Assembly (NCBI GenBank): GCA_038851075.1
Contig: JAWCLG010000016.1
Location: forward strand, 1-19,850
Source: Candidatus Hadarchaeales archaeon
GTDB taxonomy: Archaea > Hadarchaeota > Hadarchaeia > Hadarchaeales > Hadarchaeaceae
Reading direction: 5' to 3'
Length of the DNA stretch: 19,850 bases
The translations under genes and the position numbers were made by a program. The notes beneath the pieces were generated by a model. The model was not told the DNA's origin and made no database searches. It saw only the letters and a list, made by a program, of their open reading frames with translations. This document shows, piece by piece, positions 1 through 7,682 of the stretch (position 1 is its first letter; every line of letters begins with the position of its first letter).

Positions 1-592
1 TGTCTCCAGGAGCGTTGCAGAAGACAGAGAGCCTGGCGCAGCCGATCCCGTTATTTTTCGCGGTGAGCCTTGCAGTCTCCTTGACTTTAGAAGCCATGAT
101 GTTGATCGCGTCCAGGTTTATTCCCGCCCTCGTGCTTGCCACGTTGACGCTCGAGCACAGCTTTTCCGTCTTTGCCAGCGTTTCGGGTATGGAGTCCATC
201 AGGGCGGAGTCCGCCTGAGTTATCCCTTTTTCCACGAGAGCGCTGAAGCCTCCTATCAGGTCGACGCCCGCCGTGGTGGCTGACCTCTCAAGAGCCATCG
301 CGATTTCCAATGCGTTTTTCCGCGTTGGTGAGGTTCCGAGAAGAAGCGATACCGGAGTCACAGCTATTCTTCTGTTTGTCACGGGCACCCCGAACTCACC
401 GGAAACCGAGTCGACGGCATCCACGAAACCTGAGGCCACATCACGTATCTTTTTCTGAATTTTTGATGTCGTGATTTCATTTCCGGAAACGCAGTCCAGT
501 AGGTTGATTCCAAGGGTTATGGCCCTGATGTCGAGGCTCTCAACGTGGAGCATCCTGAAAGTCTCGAGTATCTCCTCGCTGGTGAACTTCAA
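1..592 (-). CDS. DUF711 / UPF0210 family (PFL-like fold) protein, 3' end truncated by the window edge
   Basis: Not in the ORF track because its stop lies outside the window. The minus strand reads TTG(592) then KFTSEEILETFRMLHVESLDIRAITLGINLLDC...GVPVTNRRIAVTP...GVDLIGGFSALVEKG, the typical UPF0210 N-terminus. A GGTGG SD overlaps the stop of the upstream ACT gene, giving the usual UPF0237-UPF0210 pairing. Confidence 0.88.
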   Translation of the reverse strand, partial: MKFTSEEILETFRMLHVESLDIRAITLGINLLDCVSGNEITTSKIQKKIRDVASGFVDAVDSVSGEFGVPVTNRRIAVTPVSLLLGTSPTRKNALEIAMALERSATTAGVDLIGGFSALVEKGITQADSALMDSIPETLAKTEKLCSSVNVASTRAGINLDAINIMASKVKETARLTAKNNGIGCARLSVFCNAPGD

Positions 593-600
593 GATACCAC

Positions 601-867
601 CTAGACCCGGTGCATGGCCTTGAATATCTCTTCCCTCTGAACCACAACGTTCATTCCGAGCTTTTCACCCGCACAGGTCACCGCTTTCTTCAGCCCCTCG
701 AAGCTGCTCTTTTTAAGGTCGCAGACTATCAGCATCACGAACTTGTCCTCAAGTCTGGATGAGGTCAGATCCTCGATGTTTGCACCGGCCTTTGCGATGG
801 CGTTTGAGATTCCGGCCACTATTCCAACCCTGTCTGTGCCAACGGCGGTTATCACAACTCTGGTCAT
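601..867 (-). CDS. Stand-alone ACT domain protein (UPF0237 family)
   Basis: MTRVVITAVGTDRVGIVAGISNAIAKAGANIEDL...QREEIFKAMHRV has the ACT signature and the UPF0237 C-terminal motif. Start moved from 906 to ATG 867, which lies about 30 nt downstream of a TATA-like element. Confidence 0.9.
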   Translation of the reverse strand: MTRVVITAVGTDRVGIVAGISNAIAKAGANIEDLTSSRLEDKFVMLIVCDLKKSSFEGLKKAVTCAGEKLGMNVVVQREEIFKAMHRV

Positions 868-894
868 TTTCTCTATGAATAATTGGTGCCGCGT

Positions 895-902
895 GTATAA
901 AT
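895..902 (-). promoter_or_regulatory. Putative TATA box for the ACT-DUF711 genes
   Basis: Minus-strand TTTATACA-like element about 30 nt upstream of ATG 867, in the gap after the GMP synthase B stop. Confidence 0.45.
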
Positions 903-912
903 CCATCTGAAG

Positions 913-1857
913 TTACTCGAACTCTATGGTTGCGGGCGGCTTTCCCGTGAGATCGTAGAGGACATGAGTAACGGATGGTATTTTTTCACGTATCCTTTTC
1001 TCCATCCTCTTCATGACATCCCACGGCAGCTCAACAGCATCCGCCTTCATGGCGTCAGCGGACTGCACCACCCGGATCACTATGATCTCTCCGTACTTCC
1101 TCTTTTTTCCTTCGGTGATGCCGGTCCCTCTATCACCCATCAGAACCGCGAAAGCCTGGAAGCACTCAACGTCTCGCGTTTCCTCCTCCACGACGCTTGT
1201 GGCCTCTCTCACCATTTTCACCCTCTCAGGAGTCACCTCTCCCAGAATTCGCACAGAAAGGCCTGGTCCCGGGAAAGGTCTCCTCTCGGAAACTTCACGA
1301 GGTAGGCCCAGCGCTCTTGCTACCTCCCTCACCTGCGGTTTGTAGAGGTCCAGAAGTGGCTCGAGAACCCTGTACCCGTACCTTTCCATCGGACGTATAC
1401 CTATCTGCTCGAGGACGTTGTGCTGCGTCTTTACTCCTCCCCTGGTCTCGACCACGTCTGCCGCTATGGTGCCCTGAAGGAGACACCTCGCCCCGTACTC
1501 TCTGGCCACATCGGCGAATGTCTCGTAAAAAGTCTCGCGGAACGCCTTTCTCTTCTCCTCCGGATCTGTTTTGCCCTCAAGCGCGGCGAAGAACCTGCTG
1601 CTCACGTCATGGATCTTCAGGCCGATGCCCTGGGCCTTTAAAACCTTCTTCACCTGTTCAGGTTCTCCCTTCCTCATGAGCCCGTCGTCGAGAAAAACCA
1701 CGGAGAGACGGTCCCCGATGGCCCTGTGGCCGAGGACAGCGGTGACCATGCTGTCAACACCGCCGGATGTGGCGGCGACCGCCTTTTCATCGCCAACCTC
1801 TCCTCTTATCCATTCGATTTTTTCCTTCAAGAATGAGTTGGGCTCGAATTTTCCCAT
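913..1857 (-). CDS. guaAB: GMP synthase subunit B (ATP pyrophosphatase subunit)
   Basis: PP-loop SGGVDS, DPEEKRK, LLQGTIAAD, KTQHNV, YKPQVREVARALGLP, PFPGPGL and C-terminal KPPATIEFE. No glutaminase domain. Start set at MGKFEP (ATG 1857). Confidence 0.95.
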   Translation of the reverse strand: MGKFEPNSFLKEKIEWIRGEVGDEKAVAATSGGVDSMVTAVLGHRAIGDRLSVVFLDDGLMRKGEPEQVKKVLKAQGIGLKIHDVSSRFFAALEGKTDPEEKRKAFRETFYETFADVAREYGARCLLQGTIAADVVETRGGVKTQHNVLEQIGIRPMERYGYRVLEPLLDLYKPQVREVARALGLPREVSERRPFPGPGLSVRILGEVTPERVKMVREATSVVEEETRDVECFQAFAVLMGDRGTGITEGKKRKYGEIIVIRVVQSADAMKADAVELPWDVMKRMEKRIREKIPSVTHVLYDLTGKPPATIEFE

Positions 1858-1888
1858 TCGGATACCTTTACTACCAGGTTTTTTCCTG

Positions 1889-1896
1889 CTTAAAAA
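1889..1896 (-). promoter_or_regulatory. Putative TATA box of guaAB
   Basis: Minus-strand TTTTTAAG about 35 nt upstream of ATG 1857, in the divergent guaAB/guaB spacer. Confidence 0.45.
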
Positions 1897-1931
1897 TTTT
1901 GAGAAAATTGTGAACTGCACCCACGTCAGGG

Positions 1932-1939
1932 TATTTAAG
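1932..1939 (+). promoter_or_regulatory. Putative TATA box of guaB
   Basis: TATTTAAG about 40 nt upstream of GTG 1979. Confidence 0.4.
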
Positions 1940-1978
1940 CCCGTGAGGATATCTTTAGAAAAAGCCGGGGGAAGAGAT

Positions 1979-3457
1979 GTGGTCCGAAAAAAGGTTGGGA
2001 GGACCGATTTTAGCTCAAAGTTCAGGTCCATGGAGGCCGCCGTTACTTTTCAGGACGTGATAATGCTGCCGGGGCTCTCCGAGGTTGAGCCAGGCACCGT
2101 CGACATAAGGACGAGGGTGTCCAAGAGAAACCGGTTGAATGTTCCTTTTGTTTCCTCGCCGATGGACACGGTGACCGAGAGCGAGATGGCGATTGCAATG
2201 GCCAGAGAGGGAGGACTTGGTGTTCTCCACAGGAACTGCTCAATAGACGAAGAGGTTGAGATGGCAAAAAAGGTCAAGCGGGCGGAAGCGCTGATAATCA
2301 GAGATGTAATAACTCTGACGCCTGATCAGACTGTTGCGGACGCTCTGGATCTCATGAAAAGCCATAACATCTCTGGCCTCCCTGTTGTTGATGGTGAGAC
2401 TCTCGTCGGCATTCTGACCGGCAGGGATGTCAGGTTCGCCGACCACTCGCTCAAGGTGAAGAGCCTGATGACCAAGGACGTCATAGTGGCGAGCGAGGAC
2501 ATTGATCTGGAGAAGGCCAAGGACATCCTTCAGGAGCACAGGATAGAGAAGCTGCCCATAGTTGACCGTAATGGGAAGTTGAAGGGTCTGATAACGTTCA
2601 AGGACATATCCCTCAGGGGGAAGTATCCGAATGCCGTCAGGGACTCGGACGGACAGCTGCTCTGCGCGGCTGCGATATCTCCATTTGACCTCGAGAGGGC
2701 AAAGAAGCTTGACAAACACGTCGATATACTGGTGACCGATGTGGCTCACTTCCACAATAGGAGGGTTATCGAGGCCACAAAGAAGGTGCTGAAGGAGGTC
2801 AGGGCCGACGTGATAGTCGGAAACATAGGGACCTCTGAGGCTGTGGACGATATAATGGCCTCGCTGGAAGACGTGGCCGGGTTCAGGGTAGGCGTTGGCT
2901 CCGGATCCATATGCATAACCACCGAGGTGACCAAGGCCGGAGCCCCGACGCTCTACGCCGTTGCGAAGGTCGCCGACGCGCTGCAGAGGCACAAAGCTGA
3001 CATACCGATAATTGCTGACGGAGGAATCAGAAACCCTGGCGATGCCGCGGTTGCGCTCGCCGCGGGAGCCTCAGCGGTCATGGCTGGCAATCTCTTCGCG
3101 AGGTGCAGGGAGGCCCCAGGAACGCTGATGGCCATAGGGGGCAGATATTACAAACAGTACCGCGGAATGGGGAGCCCCTCGGCGATGGCAAAAAGGTATT
3201 CGCTGGACCGATACAGCGCGCCGAGCAAGGACATCTCTGAGGGCGTTGAGGGCTGGGTACCTTATAAGGGAGAGGTAAGCACTGTTGTGAAAGAGATGGC
3301 GTCCGGATTGAGGGCCTCGATGGGATACGCCGGAGCCAGAAACATAGAGGAGCTCTGGGAGAAAGCAAAGTTTGCAATGCTGACTCCGGCTGGTGGAGAG
3401 GAGACAAAGCCGCACGACATACTTCTCCCTTCAGAAAGCGCTGAAAGGACGAAGTGA
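1979..3457 (+). CDS. guaB: Inosine-5'-monophosphate dehydrogenase with tandem CBS domains
   Basis: SSPMDTVTE, GGLGVLHRN, two CBS domains, catalytic loop GSGSICIT, IIADGGI, YRGMGS, flap DRY and EGVEG. Start uncertain (GTG 1979 or ATG 2030). The 1571 start is an antisense extension over guaAB. Confidence 0.93.
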   Translation: MVRKKVGRTDFSSKFRSMEAAVTFQDVIMLPGLSEVEPGTVDIRTRVSKRNRLNVPFVSSPMDTVTESEMAIAMAREGGLGVLHRNCSIDEEVEMAKKVKRAEALIIRDVITLTPDQTVADALDLMKSHNISGLPVVDGETLVGILTGRDVRFADHSLKVKSLMTKDVIVASEDIDLEKAKDILQEHRIEKLPIVDRNGKLKGLITFKDISLRGKYPNAVRDSDGQLLCAAAISPFDLERAKKLDKHVDILVTDVAHFHNRRVIEATKKVLKEVRADVIVGNIGTSEAVDDIMASLEDVAGFRVGVGSGSICITTEVTKAGAPTLYAVAKVADALQRHKADIPIIADGGIRNPGDAAVALAAGASAVMAGNLFARCREAPGTLMAIGGRYYKQYRGMGSPSAMAKRYSLDRYSAPSKDISEGVEGWVPYKGEVSTVVKEMASGLRASMGYAGARNIEELWEKAKFAMLTPAGGEETKPHDILLPSESAERTK

Positions 3458-3465
3458 ACCGCGCG

Positions 3466-4812
3466 TCAGTGTGAATGTGGCGGCAGCCTTTTCCTTATAA
3501 AGTCGCCAAGGAAGTACCACAGCGGTCTGGTGGGCTCAACCTTTCTAACCTCATGCAGCCGCGGAAGCATGATCACCGAGATAAGCAGCCTGAGCGCTCC
3601 AGAGATAAGGAAGAGCAGTAGAAAGACGGACATGAATCCGGGTTTCACGTACGTCGCGAGCATCCCTCCGATGGTCGCCCCCAGGAAAACGCCGGCCCCG
3701 TTGAGCGCCCCGAAGTACGCGAAGCATATCCCGCGCCTCTGCTTTGAAACAGCATCATAGATGAAATTGCTGGATGCGAGGTTGAACCCTGCCCAGAGAA
3801 AGCCTCCGAGTCCCTCGATGGCTATCAGGTATGGAGGGTCGGTTGAGAATAACCAGAGCACCGGTATAACGGGCACCAGAAGCCCGCAGATTTTCAGCAC
3901 GATCAGGTTTCCCCGCCTGTCCGAAAATTTGCCCCAGACCGGCATGAAAATCACGTTTGCGAGTGACGAGCTGAGTGTGACCGCTACAAACGTGATGTAG
4001 CTGAAGTTCAGCTCCTTCAGCATGTACACGGCAAAGAACGGAGATGCTATGTTGACGGCCAGGGCCATCGCGGTGGCGTATATCGTAAACCTTCCAAAGT
4101 TGTTGTTTTTTGCTTTTCTCACGAAGCTGAAGAAGCCGAAGTAGTACTCGTGCCCGTATTTGAAGGACGGCTCGTACTGCCTGGTGAGGAAGTAGAAAGA
4201 AAAAAGCCTGGCGATCATCGCCGATATGAAAAGCGCGACGAATCCGAGTATGACGAGTTCTCTGCTGAACGCGTCGAGAAACACTCCGCCCAGCAGCATG
4301 GCGCACAGTCCTGCAGTACCGACTATCGTGTTTCTCCTGCCGAAGAATCTGCCTCTTTCACCCTCAGGAACCAGATCCCCCATCCACGATGACCAGGCTG
4401 GAGAAACGAACGATCCCATCAGGAGGTAGAGCGTGTAGAAAATTATCACGAGCATGGGGGCCAGAATTCCGTTTATCCCTAATAAAAGAAATGCGATGCC
4501 GACCATAGAAATAGGGATCCACATCATAGCCTGGGCGAACACGAACATCGTCACTATCCTCTTTCTGCTCATTTTTTCCATCAGTTTTGGGGTTTCGATC
4601 TGCGAGAGGTTGGCGATGAGGTTCGGGACTGATGTCAGGAAACCTACCTGTGCCGGGTTCGCGTTCATGGCCAGGATATAGGGAGTCATATAGGAGTTGC
4701 CGAGTCCGGAGTTTACGGACCAGGCCACCCCGTCTTTGACGCTGTAACTGAGACTTCGCCTTATTTCCTCGTCCATAAATTCCTTGGATGACGTTTTCTG
4801 TGTGTCTTGCAT
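3466..4812 (-). CDS. Major facilitator superfamily transporter
   Basis: 448 aa with about 12 hydrophobic segments. MFS motif-A-like GKFSDRRG, plus WSSWMGDLVPEGERGRFFG. Confidence 0.88.
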   Translation of the reverse strand: MQDTQKTSSKEFMDEEIRRSLSYSVKDGVAWSVNSGLGNSYMTPYILAMNANPAQVGFLTSVPNLIANLSQIETPKLMEKMSRKRIVTMFVFAQAMMWIPISMVGIAFLLLGINGILAPMLVIIFYTLYLLMGSFVSPAWSSWMGDLVPEGERGRFFGRRNTIVGTAGLCAMLLGGVFLDAFSRELVILGFVALFISAMIARLFSFYFLTRQYEPSFKYGHEYYFGFFSFVRKAKNNNFGRFTIYATAMALAVNIASPFFAVYMLKELNFSYITFVAVTLSSSLANVIFMPVWGKFSDRRGNLIVLKICGLLVPVIPVLWLFSTDPPYLIAIEGLGGFLWAGFNLASSNFIYDAVSKQRRGICFAYFGALNGAGVFLGATIGGMLATYVKPGFMSVFLLLFLISGALRLLISVIMLPRLHEVRKVEPTRPLWYFLGDFIRKRLPPHSH

Positions 4813-4829
4813 GAAGATCGTCTCCGGGG

Positions 4830-4838
4830 TTTTAAAAA
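4830..4838 (-). promoter_or_regulatory. Putative TATA box for a leaderless MFS transcript; the T-run may also terminate purH
   Basis: Minus-strand TTTTTAAAA begins 26 nt before ATG 4812, just after the purH stop. Confidence 0.45.
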
Positions 4839-4843
4839 CAAGC

Positions 4844-6364
4844 TCAGTGCCTGAAGTGTCTGGTTCCGGTTAGCACCATGGAAATTCCTAATTTTTCAGC
4901 AGTTTCCACGATTTCAGAGTCCCGTATAGAGCCCCCGGGCTGAATGATTGCAGCGACCTCTGCCGCAGCCGCCTTCTCGACGGTGTCCTTGAAAGGTATG
5001 AACCCGTCGGACGCCATGACGCTTCCCTTCGCCCTGTCTCCCGCCTTCTTTATCGCGATTTCAGCTGAGTCGACCCTGCTCATCTGTCCGGCCCCGATGC
5101 CGACAGACTGCCTATCCTTAGCCAGCACTATAGCGTTCGACCTCACGTGTTTCGCGACCTTCCAGGCAAAGATGAGGTCAGAGAGCTCCGCCTCTGACGG
5201 TTTTCTCTTAGTGACGAATTTCATTTCTCCAGCCGTTATGATGGAATCCCGATCCTGGGCTAGCATTCCTCCGGTTATCTGTCTGTACTGAATACCCTCC
5301 TGGCCCTCAATCATCTTCAGTATGCGCATGTTCGGTTTCCCGCTGAGTACCTCCAGAGCTGTGCTGGAGTAGTCAGGCGACACGACGGCCTCTATGAAGG
5401 TCGAGGATATCTCAGCCGCGGTTCTATCGTCAACAGCGCGGTTTACTCCCACGACGCCTCCATAGGCCGAAACGGGATCACATGCATGGGCCTTTCTGTA
5501 GGCGTCAAGCAGATTTTCTGCGCTGGCGACCCCGCAGGGATTACCGTGTTTTATTATCACCGCGGATGGCTCTTCGAACTCCCTCAGGAGGTCCCATGCG
5601 GCGTCGAGGTCCAGATAGTTGTTGAATGAGAGCTGTTTTCCCTGCAGGCACCTTGCGCCGGCGATTCCGGTCCCGGTGCCGTCTGTATAAATAACCGCCC
5701 TCTGATGCGGGTTCTCTCCGTACCTGAGAGTATCCGCCCTTTTGAAGGAGAGATTGAGGATCTCAGGAAAAACGTCCCCGCCGAAGGCTCTGTTTAGGTG
5801 ACTTGATATCATGGTGTCGTACCTTGCCGTGTGGGAAAATGCCTTGACAGCCAGACGTCTGCGCGAGCTTTCACTTATTTCACCTGTTTTTTTCAGTTCA
5901 TCGATTATCCAGCAGTAATCGTCAGGGTCCACAACGACCGCCACGTCCGAGAAGTTTTTGGCCGCGGACCTAACCATAGCAGGACCCCCTATGTCTATGT
6001 TCTCCACCGCCTCTTCGAGCCCCGCCCCTCTCTTCACGGTTTCCTCGAACGGATAGAGGTTCACGACAACCATGTCTATGAGCGGTATCCCGTGTTCCCG
6101 CGCCGCTCTGATGTGTTCGGACTTTTTCCTGACAGCGAGTATCCCTCCGTGGATTCTCGGGTGAAGCGTCTTTACGCGGCCGTCCATCATCTCTGGAAAT
6201 CCAGTGATCTGAGAGGCATCTATAACACCTATCCCGGCCTCCCTCAGGATCTTTGCGGTACCGCCCGTGGATATTATCTCCACCCCGAGCCCCTGGAGTG
6301 CCCTAACAAATTCTACTATGCCCCTCTTATCAGAAACGCTCACCAGCGCTCTTGAGACCCTCAG
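4844..6364 (-). CDS. purH: Bifunctional AICAR formyltransferase / IMP cyclohydrolase
   Basis: RALVSVSDK, STGGT, GRVKTLHP, NLYPF, IDIGGP, LRYGENPHQ, SFNNYLD, KHGNPCG, GAGQMSRVDS, ASDGF, QPGGS and C-terminal RHFRH. Start placed at CTG 6364 (see findings); the ORF-track alternative is GTG 6415. Confidence 0.96.
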   Translation of the reverse strand: MRVSRALVSVSDKRGIVEFVRALQGLGVEIISTGGTAKILREAGIGVIDASQITGFPEMMDGRVKTLHPRIHGGILAVRKKSEHIRAAREHGIPLIDMVVVNLYPFEETVKRGAGLEEAVENIDIGGPAMVRSAAKNFSDVAVVVDPDDYCWIIDELKKTGEISESSRRRLAVKAFSHTARYDTMISSHLNRAFGGDVFPEILNLSFKRADTLRYGENPHQRAVIYTDGTGTGIAGARCLQGKQLSFNNYLDLDAAWDLLREFEEPSAVIIKHGNPCGVASAENLLDAYRKAHACDPVSAYGGVVGVNRAVDDRTAAEISSTFIEAVVSPDYSSTALEVLSGKPNMRILKMIEGQEGIQYRQITGGMLAQDRDSIITAGEMKFVTKRKPSEAELSDLIFAWKVAKHVRSNAIVLAKDRQSVGIGAGQMSRVDSAEIAIKKAGDRAKGSVMASDGFIPFKDTVEKAAAAEVAAIIQPGGSIRDSEIVETAEKLGISMVLTGTRHFRH

Positions 6365-6394
6365 ACCATCACCAAAAGAGGGACGTCCGAACAC

Positions 6395-6403
6395 AATAAA
6401 AGC
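6395..6403 (-). promoter_or_regulatory. Putative TATA box of purH
   Basis: Minus-strand CTTTTATTG-like element 30-40 nt upstream of CTG 6364, followed by a GGTGA SD. Confidence 0.45.
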
Positions 6404-6758
6404 CTTGGCTCTCACCCTGAAATCGACCTACCGTACTCCACGGTGTGCATGCTGTTGGTTGTGACTGAGCCAGATCCTTCTGAGTCCGGCATCATCTCCG
6501 TCGTATGGCATATGTGTGGGTGAGCAGTAATTTTCTTTCTGCCCATCTTGCCGAGTATGTTCATTGTTTCGAAATTTTATGCTCCGTTGTAGCTCGACGC
6601 CACGATCCTGTAGGCCTTCGAGTGTCGTGGATCAACCATAACCCTGTTTCCGGGATAGGCAGGCGCTGCCCGGACATTTTGACGGGACGGTCGATTGACA
6701 GGTAAGTCACATATGTGGAATGCTTCAAACTTGAAGCCGGCAGCAAGTGAATTGCCGT

Positions 6759-7682
6759 CTATTTTTTAGTTTTGGAGTTTTGTTTTCCGCCGGATATCTC
6801 CTTCAAATTCGTGAAACCGTGGGCCCTCATGTATTGATCCAGCCCCCCGGCAATTTCCTTGAAAACACTGATACCTTTTGTAGCAACAGCAGACCCGATC
6901 TGCACCGCACTGGCTCCGGCAATCATGAACTCCGCCGCGGATTTCCAGTCCTCAACCCCGCCGCACCCAACGACCGGAATGGTCAGGGCCCTTCGCAGTT
7001 CATGAACGCACCTCAGCGCAATCGGGCGAATTGCGGGACCGGACAGACCCCCGTAAACGTTCGAGAGAACAGGAGAGCGAGAGCCAACGTCTATCAGCAT
7101 CGCCCTTATGGTGTTGATGGCAACAACAGCATCAGCGCCGGCGTGCTCCGCTGCAAGTGCGGAGTCGATGTAACTGTCGCACAGGCCGAGCTTAACGAAT
7201 AGAGGAATTTTCAGGTCTTTCTTGGTTCCACGGACTATCGCCGCAACAAGCTTCGGATCGCTCCCCACCTCTATGCCGTGCTTTTTCACGTGGGGGCAGG
7301 AGAGGTTAAGCTCAACCGCATCGGCTCCGGCTTTCTCAGCCTCCAGACATATCATTCTAAACTCTCCGGCCGAGCTTCCGGCAACGCTCACTATGACGGG
7401 CACCTTTCCTCCTTTTGCGATGGGAAGTTCACTGTCCAGAAATTCCCTGTATCCCTGATTCGAGAGCCCAACTGCGTTAACAAGACCTCCTTCAAAGCCC
7501 GCGATTACCGGGGTCTGATAACCAAGACGCTTTTCTGTCGTGAGACTTTTTGTTACAACAGCTCCGGCACCCCCCTCCAGAGCAGCTCTCTTCAGGAGAC
7601 TCCCGTTGCACAGGATCCCAGAGGCCAGAATTAGAGGATTCCTGAGTCTCAGTCCGGCCAGATTAACCGAAAGTCGCGACAT
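6759..7682 (-). CDS. pyrD: Dihydroorotate dehydrogenase family 1B, catalytic subunit
   Basis: NPLILASG, VTKS, NAVGLSN, ELNLSCPH, AINT, GGLSGPAIRP, GCGG and VQIGSA. Last gene of the pyr operon. Confidence 0.95.
   Translation of the reverse strand: MSRLSVNLAGLRLRNPLILASGILCNGSLLKRAALEGGAGAVVTKSLTTEKRLGYQTPVIAGFEGGLVNAVGLSNQGYREFLDSELPIAKGGKVPVIVSVAGSSAGEFRMICLEAEKAGADAVELNLSCPHVKKHGIEVGSDPKLVAAIVRGTKKDLKIPLFVKLGLCDSYIDSALAAEHAGADAVVAINTIRAMLIDVGSRSPVLSNVYGGLSGPAIRPIALRCVHELRRALTIPVVGCGGVEDWKSAAEFMIAGASAVQIGSAVATKGISVFKEIAGGLDQYMRAHGFTNLKEISGGKQNSKTKK

Noticed and set aside
913-1857. Absence of the GMP synthase glutaminase subunit (and of carAB from the pyr operon) as a novelty
   Set aside because: Split, unlinked subunits are ordinary in archaea; they may lie elsewhere in the genome.
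1571-2031. Long N-terminal extensions of guaB (from 1571) and guaAB (from 2031)
   Set aside because: Each overlaps the opposite gene or the shared promoter; family similarity starts near 1979-2000 and 1857.
1979-3457. GMP reductase instead of IMPDH, given the atypical DVAHFHN
   Set aside because: The flap RY dyad, YRGMGS and EGVEG are present, and the gene is divergent from GMP synthase.
6412-6564. 50-aa minus-strand ORF (MNILGKMGRKK...) and the short ORFs 6505-6705 and 6561-6746
   Set aside because: No recognisable motif, clear SD or coding signal.
6365-6758. ZMP/ZTP (pfl) riboswitch upstream of purH
   Set aside because: I could not find the characteristic conserved elements on the coding strand, and the TATA-like box near 6400 implies a very short leader. 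An Rfam scan would be decisive.
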